The position numbers were made by a program, and so were the translations under genes. Positions 46,464 through 55,858 of a stretch of DNA of 64,000 nt are shown here, piece by piece. Within the stretch, counting starts at the first letter, position 1; each line of letters opens with the position of its first letter. The DNA lies in IMG/VR virus record IMGVR_UViG_3300020036_011017, positions 10,494 through 74,493 of that record; one strand, 5' to 3'. The notes below the pieces were generated by a model. That model was not told where the DNA came from and did not search any database. It was given only the letters and a program-made list of their open reading frames with translations. The DNA comes from a virus (taxonomy: Duplodnaviria > Caudoviricetes).

Positions 46464-46548
46464 TAAAAGTTTTTGCTATAAAATTTGTTTATTAGAAATC
46501 TGCTACTTATCTTTACAGAGTAGAAATTTAAAAAACAAATCATTATGA
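46464..46548 (+). promoter_or_regulatory. Promoter/leader cassette, copy 9
   Basis: Near-identical to 21844-21928. Confidence 0.8.
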
Positions 46549-46781
46549 GCAACACAAAAAGAACACCAGTAAAGATTCTAAACACATTAGAAAAAATCCA
46601 ATTTGTACTAGAAAATTCTCCAGCAGATATTGCTGCAAGACTAATCTCTAATACAGATCAAAACTCAGAAGTTAGCATCATTGAAGAAAGACTTCTTAAA
46701 GGTTGTGTCTATACAACAAAGAGTGCAGATGTTGCTTTTAAAGCTGCAATAATAGTAGCAATTAATAATGGAACAATTTAG
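46545..46781 (+). CDS. Hypothetical protein
   Basis: 78 aa behind cassette 9. Confidence 0.7.
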   Translation: MSNTKRTPVKILNTLEKIQFVLENSPADIAARLISNTDQNSEVSIIEERLLKGCVYTTKSADVAFKAAIIVAINNGTI

Positions 46782-46941
46782 TCAGCTATGAAAACAGAAA
46801 CTCTAAACTCAGTCCTATTTTTAGCTGTTGTAATAGTTGCAGTAGTATTAATAGTAATCGCAAGTCCAGTAGTTTAACTACTAAAATATATTTTTTAAAC
46901 CCAAGGTAGCAAAGGCGCTACATTTAAAACCCTAGTTAATT

Positions 46942-47358
46942 ATGAAAATTATCAAAACCAAAACCACTACCACTTTGTACGACACGAATGGTAAACCGAT
47001 TTCAGTAGTAAGAAAAGAAAAAACTGTTACTGAAATTCCTGTCTTCTTAAATAGAGAAGATGGAAATGCTATTCACCAAATAGCTGAGACTTATAAAGCA
47101 GATCTCAAAAATGCTAAGGCGATTAAGAAAAATCTTGAGGAAGCTCAAGGCTTTGCCAAAGGAAATAGAATCTTCCATAGTATGGCAGATCTAATAATGG
47201 TCGTTCATAGACCAGCTGTTTCAGTAAAAGAAATTAAAAAGAATACTGCTGCAGTAGATTCAGTTTTAGAAGCTGCAGGAATTAGCTATTCTACTGATAT
47301 TAAAATCGGCGAAACATTGAATAAGAAACATCAAAAGAATAAAGGTCAGAAATCTTAA
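46942..47358 (+). CDS. Hypothetical protein
   Basis: 138-aa ORF. Confidence 0.7.
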   Translation: MKIIKTKTTTTLYDTNGKPISVVRKEKTVTEIPVFLNREDGNAIHQIAETYKADLKNAKAIKKNLEEAQGFAKGNRIFHSMADLIMVVHRPAVSVKEIKKNTAAVDSVLEAAGISYSTDIKIGETLNKKHQKNKGQKS

Positions 47359-47375
47359 ATAAGATTGATAATCTT

Positions 47376-47444
47376 CGTTCTACGAAATAAGAATTAACTT
47401 TTAATATGATTGCATTGATTGAATAAAATTATCTCTGTAAATCG
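47376..47444. repeat. 69-bp element, copy G (followed by hairpin 47453-47478)
   Basis: CGTTCTACGAAATAA...TTTAATATG...TTATCTCTGTAAATCG. Confidence 0.6.
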
Positions 47445-47628
47445 ATATTTTTAAAACCAGATTTAGCGATCTGGTTTTCTTTTGCTCTCATTTTCTGAGG
47501 AAAGTTTAGAGCACCAGGATAAAATTAGTGAATAGTTTTCTAAGAAACTAATTTTTATGCTAAGAAATTTTCTATTTATTTAACATCTCATAAAGTGAGA
47601 GCATTTACAAACCCTTAAAAAATTTATT

Positions 47629-48450
47629 ATGTCAAATTTAAGACTAGACCAAGCCGTAGAAATTAAGGCTGAATTAGAAGCTTTAACCTATGCAGAATTG
47701 AAAGCTAAGTTTGCTGAACTTGGAATTGAATCTGTTTGGAAAGCAGGAGTAAAAAAATCTGTTTTAATTCAATCAGCTATGAAGGCATTAGAGGAGGCTC
47801 CAGAGCCTATTGCTGAGGAGATTCCAGCTGAGGAGATTGAAGAAGAGGAAAGCGAAGAAGAAGAGATTCCAGCTGAGGAGATTGAAGAAGAGGAAAGCGA
47901 AGAAGAAGAGATTCCAGCTGAGGAGATTGAAGAAGAGGAAAGCGAAGAAGAAGAGATTCCAGCTGAGGAGATTGAAGTTGTTGAAGAAAAAATTCTTACA
48001 GATCAAAAAGCAGATTCAGAAGAATTACCAGAAGGTGAGTATGAGTTAGACGAAGAAGCTTTTGTAGAGTATCCAAAGCTTGTTCAGATGGGATTCGTAG
48101 TAGGAGACACTTTAGTTGTTGAGGCTGGAAAACCTTGGTCTAAAAAAGAGATCGAAAAAGAGGAAGAGAGCTATACTCATACTCTTGAAGTTGACTTGAA
48201 TAAAGGAGAGATCTACGCTGAAGGTCCTGTAGATTTAGATGATGAGGAAGCCGAAGAGGAAGTTGAAGAGATAGCTCCAGCTGAAGAGGTTGAGGTAATA
48301 GATGAAGACAAATATACTGAGGCTGAAATTCTAGAAAATATCGAGCTCGTTCAATGTAATATGATACAAGCAATTCCAACAACAAGAAATCTTTTGTTGA
48401 GAAAATTGGACGCTCTTCAAAAAGCTCTTGACAGAAAACAAGCTAAGTAA
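47629..48450 (+). CDS. Highly acidic protein with an N-terminal HeH/SAP-like helix pair and tandem repeats
   Basis: LEALTYAELKAKFAELGI..KAGVKKSVLI followed by EIPAEEIEEEESEEE repeats. Confidence 0.75.
   Translation: MSNLRLDQAVEIKAELEALTYAELKAKFAELGIESVWKAGVKKSVLIQSAMKALEEAPEPIAEEIPAEEIEEEESEEEEIPAEEIEEEESEEEEIPAEEIEEEESEEEEIPAEEIEVVEEKILTDQKADSEELPEGEYELDEEAFVEYPKLVQMGFVVGDTLVVEAGKPWSKKEIEKEEESYTHTLEVDLNKGEIYAEGPVDLDDEEAEEEVEEIAPAEEVEVIDEDKYTEAEILENIELVQCNMIQAIPTTRNLLLRKLDALQKALDRKQAK
47818..47977 (+). repeat. Perfect 45-nt coding tandem repeat, 3.5 copies
   Basis: Units start at 47818, 47863, 47908 and 47953. Confidence 0.95.
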
Positions 48451-48461
48451 AATTCTTACTT

Positions 48462-49187
48462 ATGAAGTTAAAATTTCTAACAGCACTCTCTCAAGAACAA
48501 GTAGATCTTTCTACAGTTTTAAGAGAGTGTTTAGGAGTTAAAAAAGTTAGATGGTATCATACGCTTTACTTTATTAGAACTTACAAAGAGCTCTATAGAG
48601 AGTCAGTAAGAATAAGAGAGTTAGATCCGAAGAAGATCGTTGAGTCTCCTGACTGTAAAATAAAGAGACCATCAACTATTGACTCAATAGCTTTTGGAGC
48701 TACTGTAGAATTACAAATCTTATTCCAGAATCCTGGAGAAAGAGAGATTGGAGAATTAATGATGGAGACAATTTCTCTATCTTGCTACGAGAGTCATACA
48801 GGAAAACTTTTTGACTCAGACTCTGAGGATTTTAAAGAGTTTAGAGATTTGGTTTCTAATTCTGATTTAGAACAAATGATTGGGCTTTATAATTGGATTG
48901 ATAAAAATCTAAATGAGGCACAAGAAAAATGGAATACTTTATTTCAGAATGTAAAGATTTATGACCAAGACTGGGACAACGCAGGAGGTCAAGAAATGGA
49001 TAAGTTTAGCGTGCTTAATTCTATTAAAGCAGCTTGTGCTGACTTCAACTTAGATTACTATAGAGTGCTACAGATACCTTACAACTTAGTCCAAGCCTCA
49101 TCATTAAGTAAAGCTACTCAGAACTTTATCCAAGACAAAATGAGAATTGCTATTGAAGCGAGAATGAAGTCAAAAAAACCAACTTAA
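48462..49187 (+). CDS. Hypothetical virion-assembly protein (tail chaperone-like)
   Basis: 241 aa at the start of the structural block. Confidence 0.6.
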   Translation: MKLKFLTALSQEQVDLSTVLRECLGVKKVRWYHTLYFIRTYKELYRESVRIRELDPKKIVESPDCKIKRPSTIDSIAFGATVELQILFQNPGEREIGELMMETISLSCYESHTGKLFDSDSEDFKEFRDLVSNSDLEQMIGLYNWIDKNLNEAQEKWNTLFQNVKIYDQDWDNAGGQEMDKFSVLNSIKAACADFNLDYYRVLQIPYNLVQASSLSKATQNFIQDKMRIAIEARMKSKKPT

Positions 49188-49195
49188 AGTCTATT

Positions 49196-49684
49196 ATGAT
49201 ACAACTAATAAAAGATGCAGCTACAGCTGTAGGGATTGCAGCTGTTATTACTAATAGTGCTGATAAGATAGAAACTCAATTGAACTCTTTAACACATAAA
49301 GAAGAAAAAGGAGATTCTGAAAATCCAAATACTGTTACAAGAGTAACAGATCTACCGATAATGCTTATTTCTTGGGATATAGACACAGAATTAAACTTCA
49401 ATATCAATGGAAATCTAGACAATCCTCTATCCTCAGTAACAGCTTTACTAATGAAAAAAGCTGATACTTTAGAAAAAACAGTATTAGAAGATGCTTCTGT
49501 AGAGATGGGCAGCTTATTTCAAGTATTTATCCAAGAACTTTATGAGAGATTAGTTCCTTTTCAAAGAAGTTCAATCACGCCTATTACTAATTGTACCTAT
49601 AAACTAGTTCCAAGATATGGAATGGGGAAGCATAGTGGAGTTCTTTGTAAATGGAAAATGAAAACTCAACTAGATGTCTGCTAA
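49196..49684 (+). CDS. Putative tail terminator/completion protein
   Basis: Size, beta-rich pattern and position. Confidence 0.45.
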   Translation: MIQLIKDAATAVGIAAVITNSADKIETQLNSLTHKEEKGDSENPNTVTRVTDLPIMLISWDIDTELNFNINGNLDNPLSSVTALLMKKADTLEKTVLEDASVEMGSLFQVFIQELYERLVPFQRSSITPITNCTYKLVPRYGMGKHSGVLCKWKMKTQLDVC

Positions 49685-50129
49685 TGATGACTTCAACGAC
49701 TTGCTAGAGATTGCAAAAGAATTTCTACAAGCAGTCACAGGAGAACTAGATCCATATACTAAGGAAAAAGGGGTTGTTGAAATGGAGAAGGCAAGAGTAA
49801 TTTTGCTGACTCCATCTCACATCCAGTTCGCTAGATATGGTAGAGGCCCTGGTAAAAAGCCTCCTTTCGATAATATTCTAAAATGGGTAAAAGAAGAAGG
49901 GATTAAATTTGAAAACTCAACAGAGAGAGGAACAGCTTTTGCTATTCAAGCTAGTATAGGATTGAATGGTACCAAAAACTGGGTGCCTAATGCACCGAGT
50001 GCTCTTGAAGAGGCTATAAAAAATCATCTTCAAGAATATTCAGAAACTCTTGGTAAAAAACTTACAGTTATTATAAACGATGAAGTAAATTCTATTTACA
50101 AAAAAATAGATTTTAAAGATATCATGTAA
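49674..50129 (+). CDS. Putative neck/tail completion protein
   Basis: YGRGPGKKPP...WVK..GI...AFAI..SIG..GT pattern seen in phage neck proteins. Confidence 0.5.
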   Translation: MSANDDFNDLLEIAKEFLQAVTGELDPYTKEKGVVEMEKARVILLTPSHIQFARYGRGPGKKPPFDNILKWVKEEGIKFENSTERGTAFAIQASIGLNGTKNWVPNAPSALEEAIKNHLQEYSETLGKKLTVIINDEVNSIYKKIDFKDIM

Positions 50130-50161
50130 ACAAAAAATAAACTAAACTAAAAACAGAGCTA

Positions 50162-50794
50162 ATGCCTTATAAAATATATCAAAAAGAAAACTATCTCTTA
50201 ATTGTAGATACTATTACAGGAAAAATAATTGAAGGTACTTCTTCTAGATTCGAGTTTGTAAGAAATTTAGAATCTGATACTGTTTATAACTTATTGAAAG
50301 ATAGACAGAGTATCAAAAGTTTTTCTTTAAATGAACTTCAAAAAGAAAATGGTACTCCATATACTGAATCTGAATGGGAAACATTCTATACTTCTTTATA
50401 TAGACCTTCTTCTGTTGCAATAAGCCCAAGACCGAATACAACTGGTTCAAACGGAACTACCCCATATAAATTAATTTCATTAGGAACTACTAATGCAAAT
50501 GTTGTAAAAAATACTGGAGGTAATTTATACTCTATTGTAGCAATAGGACTTACCTCTACAGTAAGATATTTGAAGTTATACAATAAAGGAACTGTTCCAG
50601 TAGTGGGAACAGATATACCAGTTATGACTATTCCTATTCCGGCTAATACACAAGGGGCTGGTATTGCTATTCCCTTTTCTATGGGAGTAAATTTTCCATT
50701 AGGAATTGCTATTGCTATTACTGCAGGACCTGCAGATAATGATGTAACTGTAATAGGAGCAGGAGATGTGATTATTAACTTAACATTTGCTTAA
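50162..50794 (+). CDS. Structural protein, possible tail appendage
   Basis: Beta-rich C-terminal domain (YLKLYNK...PVVGTD.PVMTIP). Confidence 0.6.
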   Translation: MPYKIYQKENYLLIVDTITGKIIEGTSSRFEFVRNLESDTVYNLLKDRQSIKSFSLNELQKENGTPYTESEWETFYTSLYRPSSVAISPRPNTTGSNGTTPYKLISLGTTNANVVKNTGGNLYSIVAIGLTSTVRYLKLYNKGTVPVVGTDIPVMTIPIPANTQGAGIAIPFSMGVNFPLGIAIAITAGPADNDVTVIGAGDVIINLTFA

Positions 50795-50796
50795 TT

Positions 50797-50949
50797 ATGT
50801 TAACTTTACTATCATGTGGACAAGGACAAAATGGTCTTAATATAGCCTCTTTGATAGCTGCTTTTAAATTAAGAGTAGCTGCTGATTCTGGGGCCTATGA
50901 AGCGGAAGCCTGTCAAGTATCAACATTAACTAATTTAAATAGTATCTAA
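50797..50949 (+). CDS. Small hypothetical protein (50 aa, not in the ORF track)
   Basis: MLTLLSCGQGQNGLNIASLIAAFKLRVAADSGAYEAEACQVSTLTNLNSI; TAATG-coupled to the next gene. Confidence 0.6.
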   Translation: MLTLLSCGQGQNGLNIASLIAAFKLRVAADSGAYEAEACQVSTLTNLNSI

Positions 50950-52223
50950 TGAGTTTATTAAGTAAAGCTTCTTTGGTATTAACACCAAACGCATACAAAG
51001 CAGGAAAATTATATTCAGTAGTTCCTAGTGATGGATCTGGTGATTTTACAGTAACAAGAGCTACAAGTGCTACAAGAGTAAATAGTCTTGGGTTAATAGA
51101 AACTGTTGGTATAAATGTTCCAAGAATTGATTATACAAATGCCAGTTGTCCTAGTATATTAGTTGAACCACAAAGAACTAATTTATTTTTAAGAAGTGAA
51201 GAATTTGAAAATGCGAGTTGGGTTAAATTAAACACAACCCTAATGCAAAATAGTACAATTTCTCCAAGTGGGGATATGGGTGCGGATATGATTACCTCTA
51301 TTACTAACTCTACTACATTAGCGGTACAAGTATGTACAATTGTTAGCGGTACAACTTACTCAACAACATTTTATGCCAAGCAAAACACACAAAGATTTAT
51401 ATATATTAGATTTACATCAAATTCGTCATCAAACCATTATGTAAGTGTTGTTTTTGATTTACAAGATGGGACAGTTGGTCAAACATCAGTTGGTACAACA
51501 TCTGGTACTTTAATTAATGCAACTGCAACAAGCGTGGCAAATGGTTTTTATAGAATTACTTTAGTTGCTTCTATTAATGTCACAGATGGAAATGTCGGAA
51601 TAGGTTTTGCACCTACGAAAACTGGTAATACTTTTAATACTGCAGGTACTATTACTTTTGGAATAACAAATGGAAATTCATTATTCCTATGGGGAGCACA
51701 ATTAGAATTAGGAGGAAATGCTACATCATATATACCTACAACTACAGCAGCTGTAACTAGAAATGCTGATTTAATAAGTAGAGATAATATTTATACAAAT
51801 GGATTAATTACAAGTGCTGGAGGTACGTTGTTTATTGAAATAGATAATAACTTAGCATTATTAAGAAATTCACCATCTCCAGGAATTTTTATAGGAGATT
51901 CAATAGGAGCTACAAATGCAATTAGAATTAGAAATAATGCTAACTTTCCAGAAACAATAGGTATAGATAAAGTTATTGGAGGGGTTAGAACAGGGCTATT
52001 AGCTACTCCTGTAGGTACAGTAAAAATTGCTATAACTTGGAATGGAACAACTGCAAATATGTTTATTAATAGTATTAAAGGAGTAACAAATACTGCTTTT
52101 CCAATTGTTAATATGGAATTTTTAAATTTAAATGGAAATGACGTTACTAAATTCATAAAGTCAATGATGTTATTTCCTAAACCACTAACAGATTCCGAAT
52201 GTATATCCCTAACAACATTATAA
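50949..52223 (+). CDS. Tail fibre / receptor-binding-like protein with carbohydrate-binding beta-sandwich domains
   Basis: DFTVTRATSATRVN..PRIDY..LVEPQRTNL..WGAQLE..ATSYIPT motif series common in phage tail proteins. Confidence 0.7.
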   Translation: MSLLSKASLVLTPNAYKAGKLYSVVPSDGSGDFTVTRATSATRVNSLGLIETVGINVPRIDYTNASCPSILVEPQRTNLFLRSEEFENASWVKLNTTLMQNSTISPSGDMGADMITSITNSTTLAVQVCTIVSGTTYSTTFYAKQNTQRFIYIRFTSNSSSNHYVSVVFDLQDGTVGQTSVGTTSGTLINATATSVANGFYRITLVASINVTDGNVGIGFAPTKTGNTFNTAGTITFGITNGNSLFLWGAQLELGGNATSYIPTTTAAVTRNADLISRDNIYTNGLITSAGGTLFIEIDNNLALLRNSPSPGIFIGDSIGATNAIRIRNNANFPETIGIDKVIGGVRTGLLATPVGTVKIAITWNGTTANMFINSIKGVTNTAFPIVNMEFLNLNGNDVTKFIKSMMLFPKPLTDSECISLTTL

Positions 52224-52225
52224 TC

Positions 52226-52513
52226 ATGAATGTATATAAATTAAAATATCAAAATAAAGAATCTGCTGTTATTGATTTAAAATTAAAACAAATAATAGAT
52301 GATGAAGATAATTATATAAATGGTACACAAGCTATTGTTGAAATAGGAAAAATCATTTTAGAACAAGGTACGTATGACGAAAACCTTAATGAAATAACTC
52401 CTCCAATATTTGCAGAAGGATATCATTTTGACGTTATGTCTATTCAAGAAATAGACTTTGGAACCAACAAGATTATAGTAAATAACCCAAAGCATAGTTT
52501 TGCTGGGTATTAA
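52226..52513 (+). CDS. Tail fibre-associated small protein (probable start 52226)
   Basis: MNVYKLKY...EITPP..AEGYHFDV...NNPKHSFAG. Confidence 0.6.
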   Translation: MNVYKLKYQNKESAVIDLKLKQIIDDEDNYINGTQAIVEIGKIILEQGTYDENLNEITPPIFAEGYHFDVMSIQEIDFGTNKIIVNNPKHSFAGY

Positions 52514-52557
52514 AAATCTAAGAAAGACTTAGAGGAAAATAAAAATCAAAACACTCT

Positions 52558-53589
52558 ATGGCAGTCATAATAACCCCAGAGATTAGAGGTCAAGAATGTA
52601 ATGAAGCTATAACTTATAGCTATCTCTTTGAACCTCTTAGAATTAATATTGAAGAAACAAATCCTTTAGCTACTAAACTTTATGTAGAAGTAGAGAGATA
52701 TAATATAGTTGATAAAACTGTATTGGTTCCATTTCTTAATGGAGTAAACTCTTTGCCTAAGTATGTAGAGATTGACTTAATACCTAATCGACCAGTTACT
52801 TTTGATCTCTCAGAAGTAATGCAACAGTTACACCTTGCAGGAGTTTACAAAGTTGCTACTTTATCAGAGATAGAATTATCCTATGAAGAGATGATAGTTT
52901 CTAAATATATTTATGTATTTAAAGTTACTAGTGATCTTTCATCTGAACCTGCTATAGTTAAAAAACTGCCTATCATAGGTGGAAGAACTTTCGGCCAATT
53001 TAATGCTTCAGTTTTAGACTCTCAGGTTTTAAATGAGTTTGAATACTTTGGTTTAGACCAAGATGAAATAGCAAAGAGATGGAGTAATTTTATTTTTTAT
53101 AAAGCAGCTTTAAAAGATGTGAACTCAGGAGATAATTTACAGCCAACTGTTTCTAAAATCTCATCTCCAACTGTACTTACTCCTGAGGGAGGAGTGCTAT
53201 ATTGGAAGTCAAGATTTGGAGGCTGGATGTTCTGGGGGTTCGATTTAGAAAAAAGAAGTTCATCTAATTCTTATCAAGGAGATTTAGGAGTCTCAATGTT
53301 TGAATCTACTAAGAGACAGCTTGGAGATCCATACATACCAGTAGATTATATCTCGATAGAATCATCTTATACTTTAGAATTGAAGTCTTTAGGACTATCT
53401 AAAGTAGAATTACAAGCTGTAGCAGGAATAGATTCTAGTCCTGCTATCTATTATGCAGCTAATAATTCTGGAAAACTTGAACTGATGAGGCTTGCCTCTT
53501 CATCTAGTCCTTATAGCAATCTAGCTGCAGGTGGAGATTTTACAGTTAGCTTAAAAGCAATCTCTAAAACATCACAAAAAACAGCTTAA
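52558..53589 (+). CDS. Putative distal tail / baseplate protein
   Basis: LYWKSRFGGWMFWGF motif; position before the large tail protein. Confidence 0.55.
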   Translation: MAVIITPEIRGQECNEAITYSYLFEPLRINIEETNPLATKLYVEVERYNIVDKTVLVPFLNGVNSLPKYVEIDLIPNRPVTFDLSEVMQQLHLAGVYKVATLSEIELSYEEMIVSKYIYVFKVTSDLSSEPAIVKKLPIIGGRTFGQFNASVLDSQVLNEFEYFGLDQDEIAKRWSNFIFYKAALKDVNSGDNLQPTVSKISSPTVLTPEGGVLYWKSRFGGWMFWGFDLEKRSSSNSYQGDLGVSMFESTKRQLGDPYIPVDYISIESSYTLELKSLGLSKVELQAVAGIDSSPAIYYAANNSGKLELMRLASSSSPYSNLAAGGDFTVSLKAISKTSQKTA

Positions 53590-53590
53590 T

Positions 53591-55855
53591 ATGAGAACAA
53601 GAGTAGAAATATTGAAAGGAGACTCTTGGGTAGAGCTAGTTTTGAAGGAAGAGAAGATAAAATATAATACTTTATGCAATAAGATTGGCGATTTTGAACA
53701 AAGAAGAATTAGCCACTCTGATACCTTCACACTTCCTTACGTAAGCGAGAACATAATTGCGCTAGATATTAACATTTTTTCACCAGTTTTAATGGCTGAA
53801 GCTCTAAATAAGAAGTTTCCAGCGCGATATTATGTTAAAGATAAGCTATTACAGCGAGGTTTTTTAGTAATAAATAACACAGTTAGTGGCGAAATTAACG
53901 TAAATTTTATAGATGAATCGCTAGTAATCACTGATGAGTGGGGAAAAACTACCTTTAAACAGCTATTACACCAATTAGGAGCAGATCCTAGTGTACTTAC
54001 AAAGTCAGTAATTAGCGCTGATTTTATGAATGTTATTAATTTAATGAAGAATTACGAGACTGACAAGACAAAAAAGGTCTTAAATGTCCCTTATTCCACT
54101 TGTAGTGGAGATGATGCGTCAATCGAGGCTAAGAGCGCTTATATCGCTAGATATCCAAATCCATTGAATAACATTGGAGATAAGTTTTGTTTAGATAGTG
54201 AGGGAATTAGAAAATTAGATTCATTCAATCCCTTTCAATCAAGACCTATTTTTAGCTTATTTGCTTTTATCTATATATGCTGTCAAGCTTTTGGATATAA
54301 ACTTAAGCTAGATCCTGGAGTTGACTTTGAAGCTTTAAGAGATCACTATCTAACTAACAAAGGAGTCGAGGAAGGAACGCCAGCAAAAAATTCAACTGTT
54401 TCTTCTATCACTCCAACTATTGCTCTAAGCAATCCACAGTGGTGGTGGTATAATAAACACGGAATAGGAACAGGAGACAACGAAGGAAAGTTCGAATGCT
54501 TTTTCATTTATCCAGATACAGCTGTAACAGTAGATTCTTTTGGAAAAAAAATAGGAGTTGAGTCAAAGAAGCCAAATGAGATTCCAGGCTATACTCCTTC
54601 TCATTCTCTAGACAGAAAGAGAGAAGAGTTACAGACTCAAAACTGTGTAGTATTAATAGAATCTAATCCATTTATTGGGGAAGTAGTTTGGACAGGAGAA
54701 ATCACTAAAAGAACTCCAGATAATCGCTTTCAATTTATTTCTATAACTGCTAAATCAGTTTGGCTAAATGCTTTTGGTACAGCTTTTGAAGCGGACTTTA
54801 CCATAGAGTCTACAACAGAGATAGCAGCTAAAAGAACTTACACTGCAACAGGAGATAAAGAGCAATTGAATAATACTCCATTAGGAGGAGTTACATTTGT
54901 AGGTCTTGTTTTAAGTGTAATTGTAAGACACGAAGATGAGTATTACAATGATGTACCAGCAATGGTTAACTCTCACTTTATCGAAAAGATTTTACCCGAA
55001 GGAAAAGCTTCTTATGATTCTTATGGACAGTTTTTACAAAACCGTACGAATCTATTAGACTTAGCTCCTGATACAGCTATTAAAGATCTTATGTCTAATG
55101 TTCTGCAGCAGCAAGGTTTGCTTCTAACATTTGAAAGAGATTCTTTTGGAACTCAGAATATAGTTAAGCTTTTTACTTATGGAGCCTATAGAGATAGAGT
55201 TAGAGAAGCACGAGAGGGGACTATAGGAAAATATTATGATTGGAGCGAGTACCATCAGAGACATCTACCACCGAGATTTAACACAGATTATGGTTCACAG
55301 TATGGAGAAGTAAATGAAATAAGCTTATCTAATCCTTTCTCTGGAAACGTTGGTAGAATTCAGATCTCGACTAATATCACTAGCCAAGGTTTTAAATCAA
55401 AATTAATTCCCTTAGCTAAAAATCAAACGAAATCTTTAGATGATATTTCATCTGTAAAAGCTGTCTTTAATACAGACGCTTATTTTGAATATACTAGCAA
55501 AACTCAAGGCTTAGTAAAATGTAGTTTCGATAGCTATTTACCAGGAATAAGAAAACAGTATAATGCTGAGCTAGCTGTTTCAACTATTGATTGTTCTCCA
55601 CTTCCTGTTTTATCAAATACTATTTACTCAGATGACTATATGCCTGTAGGAATTAAAGAGTGGTATTATTTAGTTGATGTAGCAGTTAAAGGAGAAGTTT
55701 CATTTTTGCTCCCTATTTTAGTTATTCAAACTTTTGATATTAGTCTTCCAATTTTTGTAGAATCCTTAGGAGGATTCTACATAGTAGAGAAGATAGGAGA
55801 GTATGAAGATAACTTAAAGGTTGTAAAAGTAAATTTAATAAAACTACCTCTATAA
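53591..55855 (+). CDS. Putative tail tip / baseplate hub protein
   Basis: N-terminal I.Y......D...R..SHS.TFTLP...N pattern of siphovirus tail proteins. Confidence 0.6.
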   Translation: MRTRVEILKGDSWVELVLKEEKIKYNTLCNKIGDFEQRRISHSDTFTLPYVSENIIALDINIFSPVLMAEALNKKFPARYYVKDKLLQRGFLVINNTVSGEINVNFIDESLVITDEWGKTTFKQLLHQLGADPSVLTKSVISADFMNVINLMKNYETDKTKKVLNVPYSTCSGDDASIEAKSAYIARYPNPLNNIGDKFCLDSEGIRKLDSFNPFQSRPIFSLFAFIYICCQAFGYKLKLDPGVDFEALRDHYLTNKGVEEGTPAKNSTVSSITPTIALSNPQWWWYNKHGIGTGDNEGKFECFFIYPDTAVTVDSFGKKIGVESKKPNEIPGYTPSHSLDRKREELQTQNCVVLIESNPFIGEVVWTGEITKRTPDNRFQFISITAKSVWLNAFGTAFEADFTIESTTEIAAKRTYTATGDKEQLNNTPLGGVTFVGLVLSVIVRHEDEYYNDVPAMVNSHFIEKILPEGKASYDSYGQFLQNRTNLLDLAPDTAIKDLMSNVLQQQGLLLTFERDSFGTQNIVKLFTYGAYRDRVREAREGTIGKYYDWSEYHQRHLPPRFNTDYGSQYGEVNEISLSNPFSGNVGRIQISTNITSQGFKSKLIPLAKNQTKSLDDISSVKAVFNTDAYFEYTSKTQGLVKCSFDSYLPGIRKQYNAELAVSTIDCSPLPVLSNTIYSDDYMPVGIKEWYYLVDVAVKGEVSFLLPILVIQTFDISLPIFVESLGGFYIVEKIGEYEDNLKVVKVNLIKLPL

Positions 55856-55858
55856 GCT

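Noticed and set aside
47818-47977. CRISPR array
   Set aside because: Contiguous in-frame coding repeats with no spacers; the promoter cassettes and 68-bp elements are dispersed, not arrayed. No array was seen in the window.
47810-48049. Arg/Lys-rich protamine-like ORF
   Set aside because: It is the alternate-frame reading of the Glu-rich 45-nt repeat.
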